DNA of 63,996 nucleotides, filler included, from Ionaspis alba (taxonomy: Eukaryota), in assembly GCA_964255285.1 (NCBI GenBank). It is 8 parts of 8 records of this genome, joined end to end, with 100 filler letters (N's around TTAATTAATTAA, not from the genome) between each part and the next. Parts side by side here need not be neighbours in the genome. Positions count along the whole stretch, not along the records: positions 1 to 8,095 come from CAXUUL010000772.1; positions 8,196 to 16,269 come from CAXUUL010000773.1; 6 more parts are not named here. The stretch is one strand, 5' to 3'. Under the pieces are notes generated by a model. It was not told the origin of the DNA. It did no database searches and saw only the letters and a list, made by a program, of their open reading frames with translations. Shown one piece after another: positions 1-11,487 of the stretch; the first letter of the stretch is position 1, and each line of letters begins with the position of its first letter. The position numbers and the translations under genes are program-made.

Positions 1-50
1 CCCACGGAACTCGCCCCTTCACTCCTTCGTGGAGTCTGATATGCGCTTAC

Positions 51-68
51 CTGCGATTGGCCGGACAT
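51..68 (-). CDS. Possible first coding micro-exon (MSGQSQ) of a divergent gene running off the window start
   Basis: Minus strand ATG TCC GGC CAA TCG CAG followed directly by a consensus donor GTAAGC starting at 50. The rest lies outside the window, and it could instead be a 5' UTR exon. Confidence 0.25.
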
Positions 69-1199
69 TTAACACTGTCACACGAAGCTACATATCACAG
101 AATGTCCGATATCCCGCCGAAGCCAGAAATTTCGAAAAGGCACCTAATCTGGGCAAAATTCCAGGCGGCCAACCCTTGTCTAGCTGATGCTGAAGGTGGT
201 CTATGCATGAAGAATTTAAGAGTACAATACCGAAGGCTGACAAGCCACTGGCAACTATAATGCCTTGTGCGGCATGGGTAAATTTTCGGATTTGACCTGG
301 CGGCGCGAAGATCCTAACACCGTGTGAGACACAGAACGGGGTGGCCGCGTAGGATCATGGTTGGGAAAAGGATGCTAGGGCGGATCGATGCAAAGTGATG
401 CAGTCATAAGCAGTAATGGAGGAGTCTAAGAAGGTTTGAGGGCGACATTAGAGGCGTTCGACGGGAACCACTATGGACGAATTGTCTTCTGCATTGAAGG
501 CCAAAGTAGCAGAAATACCGCCATGATTTGATCAGCGTCTCTATGCAGTAGATGAGAATGTCTCCACCAGAGAGCAATCTTGAAACTAGTCATGAAGGAG
601 CCCTTAATGCAGAGCATAGCCAAACTAAAACATATCAGATTGGGTTTAGATCCGTGAGATTTGAATGTTGAAGGGGAAAAGTGATCAGGTGATCTTCAAT
701 TCAATAATGCCGATGATTATTTTAGGTGAAAGTACCTGCAGCAGCTGTAGGGGCGGTAGCGGACCATTCGAGAATTTACTGCACCCTGTAACGATGACGT
801 TAGAGGGGTTGCGCCGGATCAGCGAGCTTAAATCCATGTAGCGGTTGCTTTACCTGGAACAATCCCAGACGCTCGGCACGCAGCAGATTCCACGACATAC
901 GATACCGTTGATGCTTTGCTAATCTGTGTACATACTTCTTGAACAGTCCAATGACCAATCTTGAACACAATCGCGCGGTTTGTGCCGTTGCACTAACTTC
1001 CATCCACGCGTACAACGTGAAAGACCTCACGCTACTTTCCATCTCTGGCACGAGATAAGTAAAGCCTATACAAAGTCCGAGAACCTGGTAACTAAGTTTG
1101 TACAACTACCTGGCTTCCTGATCTCAACGCGACTACGCACACCTGGAAATTTAGAGCTGACTTTGTACAGTCTTCTTGCTGAACACATCTTACTCCGCA

Positions 1200-4100
1200 A
1201 TGTCTGAACGACACAGACGAAAGAGCCTAAGCATATTCAGACCTCCTCTCACAGGAATGGCACCGATTCACGACTATCCTCCTGACACAGCACCTCCGTC
1301 TACCCTCAAACGAAAGCTTCGACCTCCATCGCTCTTCTCGTCATCTTCACCTTCCGCTCCGTCAAGCCCAGGACTCGATGGGCCTGGTTCTACAAGCAGT
1401 CTCAGTCGATCTTCCTCCCCTATCTCACTATCCCGACCGCGAACACTCCAAAAGTCGTCAAGGCCAACTAGCCTATTTGGCTCTTTCCGTTCTTTGCATT
1501 CTCTGCAGGATGACGGGGAAGATCTCGCACGGACTACCACGAATCAGTCCTCTACACATGAGGATCCAACAATGCTTCTCGATGTAGGAAGTATGGCCGT
1601 TATACATCATGGAGAGGTTCAGACTGGAGGTGGCATGTTCCGTAAGAGAAGCCAGTATTTGGTGCTCACAAATACACACTTGCTACGTTTCAAGAGCCAG
1701 GCCAAGGCCGCCGAAGTCTTCCCCGGCATTCCGACCGGAGCAAAGCATTCTGGCGCTATTCGGCATTCGAGACTGAGCTCTCAGGGATCTCTCCCCGAGC
1801 AATCATCAGTCGACAATTGTCCTCGAGTACACCTTCATCAAGTCGTCGCCGTCTATAAGCTGGACGATGGACGTCCATACTTCACTATTGAGATATCATA
1901 CTTTGATGAAGCTTCCAATACCGCTTCCAACATGTCCATGCAGCTAAATGATCCGAGAGAGTTAGATATATGGCTTGCTTCTATTCGGTCAGCCATCATA
2001 AATTCTCGTCTGATGGACCCTCAACCATTCCTGCCGAAAACCATTGAGTATGTCGTGAGAGCAGTGGAATTCGAACGAGACTATGATCCCAACCATTTCC
2101 GTATGTTCAAAGTGGTACAAAGAGCAGCAAAATCAGGGGCGCGGTCATCATCAGATGACCTGACAAAGCTGACATCTAACATTTGCTACTTAGTTATTGG
2201 CATCCATAAAGTTCATCTTGTACCCTTGCCCAAACTATCGAAGCCGGCATCTAGCACATCGCTCGCTGACCAGAGCAGTACCTCTCATGGTATAGTGTCT
2301 CTGAGCTCAGTCTCTATACAATCCTCAGACGATGCCTTTCAACTCGCATTTCGCATTCCGCTCCAACCCGCGTCTACATGGTATCTTGCATCTTCAAGTG
2401 TGAACGATATTGGATTATGGATCCGAAATAGTGCAGACTTTCTGAGGCCAAATTGGCTCGAACACCCATTCTCTTGGACTGTTCCAAGAAATCTAGATGA
2501 CTCTCTGCTACCAATCCCAGCACTTCAAGACGACCACCTGGGATTTGATCGGACACTTACGGCGTACTGCGTCGGCTACAACATTGACCCATCGAACATT
2601 CGCTACACTGTCAACTACTCTTGTGACGATAGCCCCGAGTTCGAACTATTGGCTCCAAACAATCCACGACGGTCCAACTACACAGTCCTTGAATTCCTCG
2701 CCATAATGCGATCGCTCAGATACAACGAATCCTTTCATTCCATCTCTTTCCGCAACGTCAAGCTCGATTGTCTTCATGGACTTCTCGATCAACATGGATC
2801 AGAACATCTATTGTGGTCAACACGTTCTGGCCACGCATTGATGCTACCTCGGGGAGAACAGTCGTCACTACTTGTTCAGGAACTCCAATCATTAGCACTA
2901 AAGAGCAAGCGCCTGCGTCGCCTCGATTTTACTGATTGTTTGACCCGAAAACCTAGAGAAGAGGACAGTGCGCGAGATCCTGGATGTAGTATCTGTGAAG
3001 CTCTACTTCCATTGTGTGCGCAGCAACTGACCAACGTCGACTGGATCACACTTAATGGTATCAAACTTGCCGAAATAGACATCGACTACTTGTATGCAGC
3101 GTCCATCGAGAAATCATGTCATTTCCGTGCTGTAGACATGGCACGCTGTGGTCTCACGGAGGTAAGGTTGAGTCTCGTTTTGCAGGGTATGATGCACCAA
3201 GAAGAAACGCTAGAATCTATCAACATCGCCGGGAACTTGGCAAGGCTCAATTCAGAACAACTCGGAAGGCAATTCAACAGCTTCGATAGGATCCGAAAGC
3301 TTGATCTATCGAAAACTCAGTTCTGTGCTGGTGTCCGTCCATTTGTGGAATCTGGGACATTGATGAGATGGAAGCTTGAATCGCTCTCACTATCCGGCAC
3401 GACCTTGAACGAGCAAAGCGTTGAATCTCTCGGTGCCTATCTCGCAAGCAACCAATCCGATACCTTACGCGAACTTCGGCTCGACCAGTGCCAGTTGACG
3501 GGCGAGGACGTTGCAACTCTGGTAAGGTCCATGAATGAAGGCCGGAGGCCACCACGGCAACTGCACTTATACCTGAGCGAAAACCGTCTCGAGATACACC
3601 ACAACAAGCTGGCAGACTCATTGGCATATTCTGATACACCTAGCCACATGACAATGCAGATGCTCGACTACAGTGATGAGCGCAACTTCCAATGCCTTCT
3701 ATTCGCCGTATCCACAAACAAGACTCTCCAATACCTAGACATCTCCAGAGCTTCCTTGCCCTTCGACGCCGGCAAAGAAACCTGCAACCAACTCCGGCAC
3801 ATGCTCGCAGTCAATAACAGCCTCGAAGAACTCAACATCTCCGGCGAGCAGGCCCATCTCGAAGCCGTAACGCTCGGCTCCGGCCTCAGCAGAGCCCTCT
3901 CCGGCCTGGAAGCTAACCGCTCCATGCGCGTCTTCAAAGTCGAGCACCAAGTCCTCGGCCTCCCCGGCGCCAACGCCCTCGCCTCCGTCCTGCAAAAGAA
4001 CCCCGTCCTCCAAGAACTCTACTGCGACGGCAACGAAATCAGCCTCCAAGCCTTCACGGTCCTCGTCAACGCCATGAAAGACAACAAAACCATCCTCTAC

Positions 4101-4688
4101 CTCCCCAGCATGGACCGTGACAGAGTCTGGTCCCGTCGCCGAATCGACCGCGAAGTCGACAATCTCCGTGAGAATAATTCACCCTCACAAATGTCTGCCA
4201 AAGCCAGCGTCAGGAAAGCGATCAGCACGGCCAAAATGACCACTCGCTCCAGCTCTGCCAAATACTCCGATCGACCCGCTGCCGCGGCGGGCTATACCGA
4301 GCAGGATGTCAAAGCCGCGGTCGCGAGTCTGAACCAACGGTGGGATTTCGAAGTCATGAGGTTGCAGGGCTATCTGAGACGGAACTACTGTCTTGCGCAT
4401 GGCTTACCGACGCCGGACGAGGATGTGGGGAGTCCCGCGTCGGTTGGGGAGAGGGATTCGAGGAGCGGGAGTTTGTCGACGGCGTTGAAGAATGCAAAAT
4501 TGGATCGGACGCCGACAGCGGAGTTGGATTTGCAGCTCGGTGGGTTGGATGGAGGTGTGGGAAAGGGGAAGGAGAAGGGCGAGGTGGTTGTGGGGATGGA
4601 GGAGATGGGGGATGGGTCTTTAGATGGTGGGAGTGAGGGCAGTGATATTGAGGGCGCGTTGATGATGGGGAGGAAGAGGTTTGGGTGA
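1200..4688 (+). CDS. PH-like domain + leucine-rich repeat (RNI-like) protein, ~1162 aa, intronless
   Basis: Long uninterrupted ORF with first ATG at 1200. PH-like segment (HGEVQTGGGMFRKRSQYLVLTNTHLLRF...ELDIWLASIRSA) and many LxxLxL repeats (LRELRLDQCQL, LQYLDIS, LEELNIS, LQELYCDGNEI). Confidence 0.85.
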   Translation: MSERHRRKSLSIFRPPLTGMAPIHDYPPDTAPPSTLKRKLRPPSLFSSSSPSAPSSPGLDGPGSTSSLSRSSSPISLSRPRTLQKSSRPTSLFGSFRSLHSLQDDGEDLARTTTNQSSTHEDPTMLLDVGSMAVIHHGEVQTGGGMFRKRSQYLVLTNTHLLRFKSQAKAAEVFPGIPTGAKHSGAIRHSRLSSQGSLPEQSSVDNCPRVHLHQVVAVYKLDDGRPYFTIEISYFDEASNTASNMSMQLNDPRELDIWLASIRSAIINSRLMDPQPFLPKTIEYVVRAVEFERDYDPNHFRMFKVVQRAAKSGARSSSDDLTKLTSNICYLVIGIHKVHLVPLPKLSKPASSTSLADQSSTSHGIVSLSSVSIQSSDDAFQLAFRIPLQPASTWYLASSSVNDIGLWIRNSADFLRPNWLEHPFSWTVPRNLDDSLLPIPALQDDHLGFDRTLTAYCVGYNIDPSNIRYTVNYSCDDSPEFELLAPNNPRRSNYTVLEFLAIMRSLRYNESFHSISFRNVKLDCLHGLLDQHGSEHLLWSTRSGHALMLPRGEQSSLLVQELQSLALKSKRLRRLDFTDCLTRKPREEDSARDPGCSICEALLPLCAQQLTNVDWITLNGIKLAEIDIDYLYAASIEKSCHFRAVDMARCGLTEVRLSLVLQGMMHQEETLESINIAGNLARLNSEQLGRQFNSFDRIRKLDLSKTQFCAGVRPFVESGTLMRWKLESLSLSGTTLNEQSVESLGAYLASNQSDTLRELRLDQCQLTGEDVATLVRSMNEGRRPPRQLHLYLSENRLEIHHNKLADSLAYSDTPSHMTMQMLDYSDERNFQCLLFAVSTNKTLQYLDISRASLPFDAGKETCNQLRHMLAVNNSLEELNISGEQAHLEAVTLGSGLSRALSGLEANRSMRVFKVEHQVLGLPGANALASVLQKNPVLQELYCDGNEISLQAFTVLVNAMKDNKTILYLPSMDRDRVWSRRRIDREVDNLRENNSPSQMSAKASVRKAISTAKMTTRSSSAKYSDRPAAAAGYTEQDVKAAVASLNQRWDFEVMRLQGYLRRNYCLAHGLPTPDEDVGSPASVGERDSRSGSLSTALKNAKLDRTPTAELDLQLGGLDGGVGKGKEKGEVVVGMEEMGDGSLDGGSEGSDIEGALMMGRKRFG

Positions 4689-5094
4689 TTGGGCCAGGGG
4701 GCTGTAGGTGTGGGGGTTGGATTTCCGTGCGAGCATTCTGGTCTTGAAGGAGGCTGTGTGGGATCGTATGTATTTATGGCGGGTGTTGAGACTTTCGGTG
4801 TCTGGTTTTCTGTATGTATTCAAGGCTTACGAGCTTAAGCGTATTGGTAAAGCGAAACGAGCATTGTACAGACAATACCATTATCGTGGGGCGGTGATGA
4901 ATGCTAGTCTTTCCCTTTGTTTACTTGCCAAGCCGTGAGAAAGAACATCAACACCTATTTCAATTGCTACGAACAGATGTCTTTGCAGAGTATTGCCTTT
5001 TACGGACTCGGTGTATCGCCTGTATTTTTCCATCCACACGTTTACCTCACCTTATCCCTTCAACCGGTATGATATTCTGATCGGTGGGTATTGC

Positions 5095-5349
5095 ACGCGT
5101 TCGTGGGGAGTGGACGACGTCGCGTCATTCGTGTCGAGGCTAGACTGCTGGAACAAGGACAGGAGTGAAACATCAGCTCAGACCAATTGTAAGGCAAATT
5201 ACCCCTACCCGGTAGCAGAAGTGCGTTGGCTAGAAGCAAGGACATTGGGACAATGGATAACCGCCATCCAGTAGATTGCGAGAGCAGCCATGGTTGAGAA
5301 GCATGCCGAGCCAGGGCGCATTTTCGCTTCCTTACGAATGAACTCGCGT
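5095..5349. promoter_or_regulatory. Putative MCB-like (CGCGT core) elements upstream of the forkhead gene
   Basis: ACGCGT at 5095-5100, TCGCGT at 5120-5125 and 5344-5349. Confidence 0.3.
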
Positions 5350-5948
5350 GCCGCCCGACTGCCACCCCTCAACTTACTTATCGTTCCCCCTTCGCTCATC
5401 CGCCCTGTGCCCCTCAAGACTACCTCCATCGTCCATCAACGGCCACCACTGGTAGTTGTACTGGACAACGTTTTCTGTTCAACAACGTCGAGCTTGTATC
5501 GCTTTCCCTGTAGCTTACTTTCTTCCACTATTCATTTGTGCATTGCTCCCAGCTATCATACTAAAATTGCACAACGCAAGGGCCACGTCAAGATTCGCCC
5601 TTGCTTCCCACCCAAAACGGAGATCTCCTTCAACACATCCCACTTACAACGTCGACTCCATTTTGGATCCTTCTCGCAACTTACAAGAGACGTACTCTCC
5701 ACGATCAGGATCATACAATTGAGAGAAAGCCTACTACAGCGTTATAGCAAATCGAAGAAAACTTGGTATGCCAACATTTTGTGCGGCGCTTGGAGTCATC
5801 AGCCGAAAGAGCAATCTCAACTAGCCACAACCCCAACATTCCCACGACCACAATTCTTCTTCAAGCCTCCTCGAACTCCCTGCAGACGTGTCATACTGGT
5901 CGAAGCATCGAACACAATTACTAGAATCACAATCACCCAGTGAGCGCG

Positions 5949-8095
5949 ATGGTGTCGACGCGTCATCTCCTGCCGCTGGAGGTTTTCCAGGACCCCATTA
6001 ACTCCTTCGACGACACTGCACAACTACCAGAGTCCTTTCATGATTTCAACCATCCACTATCATCACCGCTCGATACCATACCCTCCCTACCTCCACCAGC
6101 TGACAATGGCTTTGGTCGTTTTTCTCCTCTCAAACAATCACAATCATCGAGTCCTCCGGCAAGAGTTGTCTTCGGAGACAAGCTCAACATATCGCTTCCT
6201 CCTCCACGAGCACAAGTCTTCTCCACAGATTCGCCCATGAAGAGATCTCTCAATACTCTGTATCAGCCTATTGCACCACAGAAACCTATCAAGGCTCTGT
6301 TCGCGAGCTTCCCTATTGCCAGCTCTGCCAACGACGAGAATCAATTACCAACGTACCACAGTGACAACTTCGCCCAATTTCCAGATCCTGCATATGGACT
6401 AAAAGGAACTGGGAAGAGGACTCTACTTGAAGCAGCTCCCATTGAAGAACGGTCTTTCAAGAAAGCTCGAACTGAAGATGAGTCAGTGTGCCAGCTTCCA
6501 GAGCCACAAGACATGCCTCACATCGAAGATGATGGCACAAAACCTCCATACAGCTACGCTGCACTGATTGGGATGTCAATTCTACGAGCACCACAGCGTC
6601 GACTGACTCTAGCCCAAATCTACAAATGGATCTCGGACACCTTTGCACACTACCGTGGCCCCGAAACCGGGTGGCAGAACAGCATTCGACATAACCTCAG
6701 CCTCAACCAAAAATTCATCAAGCAAGAAAGACCAAAAGATGACCCTGGAAAGGGTAACTACTGGGCCATTGCACCAGGAATGGAGGCCACCTTTGTCAAA
6801 GAGAAGCCCTGTCGTCGACCAGCTTCATCTTCGGGTCCAAGCATGAAAGTCTTGTCCCAACCGCCGAGTGAACTCAACCTGAGCTCGTCTGCTCCCCAGC
6901 CTCCATTGCCTAGCAGCAAGATAGAAGTCAAGGAGAGTGAGCCGGCAGAGCCTTCCTCAGATGCAACTATTATTGCGTCTGATCCGGCCCTCTTCGATGA
7001 TGCCGAAGACGACACATTGATCAACATGCCACCTCCAGCACCACGCGCTGCTCTCTCATCTCCTCTCCAAGCCATTCGCTCCTCTCCCCCTGTCGCGCGC
7101 CGTACCATATCCCGGGAAGGCTCTCCATCCCTAGCCCACGACTTCTCATCTTCGGTGAACCACTCCCGGACCAAGAAGCGCAAATTCAACTCCATGAACG
7201 ACAGCGGCTACTTCTCCTCCATCGAATCCTCCGCTCTGCGCCCGCACAGCCTCAACTCCACTGACAACGACCTCCTCGCTCCACGCTTCAAACGTGGCCG
7301 TGCCGAAGAAGAAATAGCCCGCATCCGCTCCTCCTCCCACGACATCAGTCCCAGCAAAGGCGGCACTCATCTCCGACAACCAACACCCCATCTCCTCTCC
7401 TCCTCCCCAAATCGTCTCACCGACAACTCCCTGATGCTACCGCCCCTCACCCCCGCCATGACCTTCAAAAAGCCCACCAAAGCCCCCGCTTCCATCTCCC
7501 CCAACACAAACCTCAAAAACCACCGCGACCGCATCCGCAATCTCGTCGGCTCACCTGCAAAGACCCTAACCGTCCCCGAGGACGGCGACGCGCTGAGTTT
7601 CAGCCCTGCTTTCCACATCATGGAAGATGATCCGTACATCTTCCACGATGTTCTCAATACCTCCTTCAGCATCTTCGCCGACACCAACAGTCCTCAACCA
7701 GGTGGCAGCGCCAGCAGTCGCGCAGCTAACGGCTCGCCCGAGAAACGCTCTATCAAGCGCTCTGCGCACCAACGTGCGAGGAGCACGGCGAGCGCGCTGG
7801 CGGATATCACCGGCACTAATAATAACATCACTAGTAACAACAAGATCTTCACACCCATCCTCAAAGCCCCGTTCCTCGACTCTCCCACCAAGCGGCGGAA
7901 GTCTCCGAGTAAATCCCCAAGCAAATCGCCGGGTTTGGACTTCGGCAATGCGGCAATGGGAGAGCCGAAATTCGATCTCTTTGGGGAGTTTTTCCAGGAT
8001 GGAGAGGATGAAGAGGAGGAGGGTGTGGAGGGGTTGGATCTGTTGCAGGGGTTTCAGAGGATTGGAGAGAGGGAGAAGGAGAATGATGTTTTTGG
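5949..8095 (+). CDS. HCM1: Forkhead transcription factor, Hcm1/Sep1 type; 3' end cut by contig end
   Basis: Forkhead domain KPPYSYAALIGMSIL...RLTLAQIYKWISDTF...GWQNSIRHNLSLNQKFIKQERPKDDPGKGNYW. No FHA domain; many S/T-P-x-K/R sites. ATG at 5949. Confidence 0.85.
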
Positions 8096-8195
8096 NNNNN
8101 NNNNNNNNNNNNNNNNNNNNNNNNNNNNNNNNNNNNNNNTTAATTAATTAANNNNNNNNNNNNNNNNNNNNNNNNNNNNNNNNNNNNNNNNNNNN
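8096..8195. other. Artificial contig spacer N44-TTAATTAATTAA-N44
   Basis: 100 nt with stops in all six frames; identical at seven positions. Confidence 0.98.
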
Positions 8196-11100
8196 TCTCC
8201 ACCCCCACCACCACCTCCCTCTCAACCGTCACCACCTCCTCCATCCCAATCCGACAAAAAAGCGTCGAAAAAAGAAACTGATCCCCATTATGATCATAAA
8301 GCGGCAAATGCCTGTAACCCCTTTGCAAGCTCCCCAACTTCGCCGTAAAAGTCGCCAGCGGATCGCCGCTCCCACCATTGCCACCCCCCAGATAGTTGCG
8401 ACCATCGGGGGAATTCCAGACGGTCCACCGCACGAAGACCAGATCGGGGTATTTGGTCTCGAGGGAGAGTTTGAATTTGTCGTTGAAGAGGGGATTGTAG
8501 CCGTTATTCGGGACCACGATGCTGCGTCTCCGATGCGGGGCCCCGATCCCGGACATACCATTGCGGGCTGAGGCGTCCTGCCCGCCTTCGCCCGAGGCAA
8601 TGCCCTTGCCTTTGTCTTCGGCGCTGAACATTTCGATTTCGACGTAGGGGCTGAGAGATTCGTCGGAGCTGAAGTTGCGGGGGCGGGGGAGCTGTTGCGC
8701 GGAGATCATGTCGACGGAGAAGCGGATGAGCTTTTTCTGGATCTTGGCGCCGGCGGGAGTGGAGGCTGCGGCTGCAGCTGCGGCTGCGGCTTCGGGCACA
8801 GAGGAGGAGGTGGCGGGAGGTGCTGCTTGACGCAATTCTTGCGGCTTCAGGACGTACCCTGTGCGGTCAAGACCACCGGCGAACATGGCTTCATTGATTT
8901 GCAGGCCCAGGTCGTAGGTCTGCCAGTTCAGGGCGACCATTTGCACGCCGCGTTTCCAGAAGGTGAGGGGATCCGGGTTGGTGGACTTCATGCGGAAGGC
9001 GGAGGGGTAGACGCGCATGAGGTAGCGGCGGTTGTGTTTTTCGAGCTGAAGTTTGGGGTCTTGGTCGCGGCAGAGGTTCTCGAAGGTTTTTTCGGCGAGC
9101 GAGAAGACGTGGTTGTAGGATTTGCTTTCGGGTTGGTTGAAGTCTTCGAATTTGAGACCGCGCGTGTAGACGCCGAGGTCGCCGAGGGATTTGATGATTT
9201 TGCCTTTCTTTTGTGTCCCTTTGCGTCGCGGTTTGAGGGTCCCGCCTTGGCCGACGTCGCTGTCCTCGGTGGCGCTGCTCATGCTTGTGGCTGTGGCTGA
9301 TCCTCGACTGACTGGCCAGTTTGGCTGTCCGTGATCGGGAGGGCTCATGGAGGATGGACTTGAGAGTATGGGACTGTTGGGGATGAAAGAGTTGTCTAGG
9401 ATTTGAGGTCTAGCGAAAGGAGAGCTCATGCTGCGTTGGCGGTTACCGATAGGTCCATCTGATCCCAGGTCTCTGTCAATTGGTTCGTCACCCGCCTTGA
9501 CCTTGACGAGAATTCGGTTCTTGAGATCCTCGGGCGAGGGTAGGATGAAGACATTGGTCATGAAAGGTTCTCGGACAAGTCGATCTCCTAGTTCACGGGT
9601 CATAATATCTACCATGACTTGCTGCTGAGCTGCATTGCAATGAACTTCGAGAGAGAGAATGAGCGGGTACGGCGACTCTTCGAACGCATACTTGGCTATG
9701 ACAGATATGCAATCGGCGAACAGTACACTCGTCGTCATGGTTCGACCATGTGAAACGATCGGTCGTCCATCAGGCCCATCCCAACAGTCGATCTCAACAC
9801 ATCGACATGCTCGCTGTAGTGCCCGGATATAAGCCTCAGTACTGGAGCTACCAGCAAGTTGTCGGCCAAGGAGGTAGGTGTTGTGAGAGCTGGAGATGAA
9901 GTATTCGTTGAGTGGTCTATCGAGCTTTGCTTCGGCGGGCTTCATCACCAAAACGCTGTTGCATGCCGAAGTCAGGAACGAAGAAAATGACTCGGAGTTC
10001 ATGTAGAGCGGTGTCTCGTCAGAACTGATGGATGCTGCCTGTGACCTGGAATTGGCTTTCCGGACACATTTGGTAAACACCTTTTGCCAGTGTGCACGAT
10101 TTGCGCTGGGATCGATGCCCTGGGTCTGTTGAAGGAAATCAAGGAATCCGTCTAGATCGAGTCCATTGACACTACCCGTTGTGAGGTTCTCAAAGATCTC
10201 TTTGACATCATGGCGCTCCTTGAGCATTCGGACAAAGTTCTTGAACTCGTCAAAATTGAGGCGGCCCGTCTGTCGCGAGTCTGCTTTCTTGAAACTTTGT
10301 ACTAGTAGTGTTTTCGAGCAATTGATGTGCAGGCTCCGGCAAAGTGCTTCAACTCCGGCAAGATCGAGGCTTTCCGCTTCTTCCGCGCAAGGCAAATTTT
10401 GGAATCGCTTCGTCATCTCACGCTTCCAGTGACCCTGCAACGTCTTCTCATCTTGGCCAGATCCCGCCAGCCCTTTCATGAGGTCATGTCGATACTGCGA
10501 GAGATCTTCCAGGGTGGATGTCCACAGCTCGAAAGTGGATTGATCTGGAGCGATCAGATGCATCGTCTTCACAGGTCTCCCTTTGGCACGATCAGGGTCG
10601 GCGTAGATGATGGTGAACCACCGACTCTCCAGCTCATCCGAGATGTGGAATTCTTCGCGATAGTTCCTTGCATCACCTGCAAGGCGAATCTGCTGGATAT
10701 CATCGATATAGAAGCGCTTCGAAGGACTCGTAGGGTGCCAGGAAACACGAGCAGATTCGGTATCAAGTACGAAAACGAGACTCTTCCTTTTCTTCTTGCT
10801 GATTTTCATCAGTGGCGTTCCGACCCGTAATCTTGAATGTACAATCGGAGCAATGCCACCTTCGGTACGGTGAGGTTTCCGAGGTGAAGATGTACCACTT
10901 GTAGGCATGCCCTCGCCAGTGAGACCCAAGCCGAACAGAGACATGGGCTCGTCGAAGACCTCCTCGTCGTCTCCTTCCAAACCAAGATCCATAGAACCTA
11001 GATCGATATCTGTGCTTGTTTTGCTTCCACTCCTCCTCCGCATAATCATCGGTCCAGAACTGTGGTCTCGGTTCACCACGTTGTTGGAAGATTGACGACG

Positions 11101-11487
11101 CCGGAGTCTGTTCGCTCGGTTCGATAGTCTTCGCATGAGGCCGGGAACCTTGGAAAGCTGAATTGCTTCACTCATCGCATTCTGACTTGGCGAAGTTGGT
11201 GTAGGCAAGGTGGGATCTGGTAATTGTAGGGGCTGCGGAGAATATGAAGTTGGAGGATTGCGGCCTCTTGGACCTTCGGGTGACGATTGAATGGACGGGT
11301 TTGTGGAGCTCGTTGTCAATGATGGAGCAACTGGGCTAGCGGCTGAAGCAGGTGTGACGGTCAATGGAACTGAGGTAGTGACGAGGCGTTGTTTGGAAGG
11401 CATTCTGGTGAATGGAGAACGAGGTCGTGGACTTCTGGATTCACCACCACGAAGAGCCAGCGGAGTACCGGAAGGGGAGTTTGCCAT
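8196..11487 (-). CDS. PLC1: Phosphoinositide-specific phospholipase C (PH, EF-hand, X, Y, C2); last codons cut by contig end
   Basis: X-box PLNEYFISSSHNTYLLGRQL...CRCVEIDCWDG...SHGRT, Y-box LMRVYPSAFRMKSTN...GVQMVALNWQTYD and C2 ISAQQLP...PYVEIE. ATG at 11487. Confidence 0.95.

Noticed and set aside
8140..8151. TTAATTAATTAA recurring every ~8.1 kb as a biological repeat
   Set aside because: Always flanked by exactly 44 N on each side; an assembly linker.
5949..11487. Forkhead and PLC1 as a convergent gene pair
   Set aside because: Separated by an artificial spacer, so they lie on different contigs.
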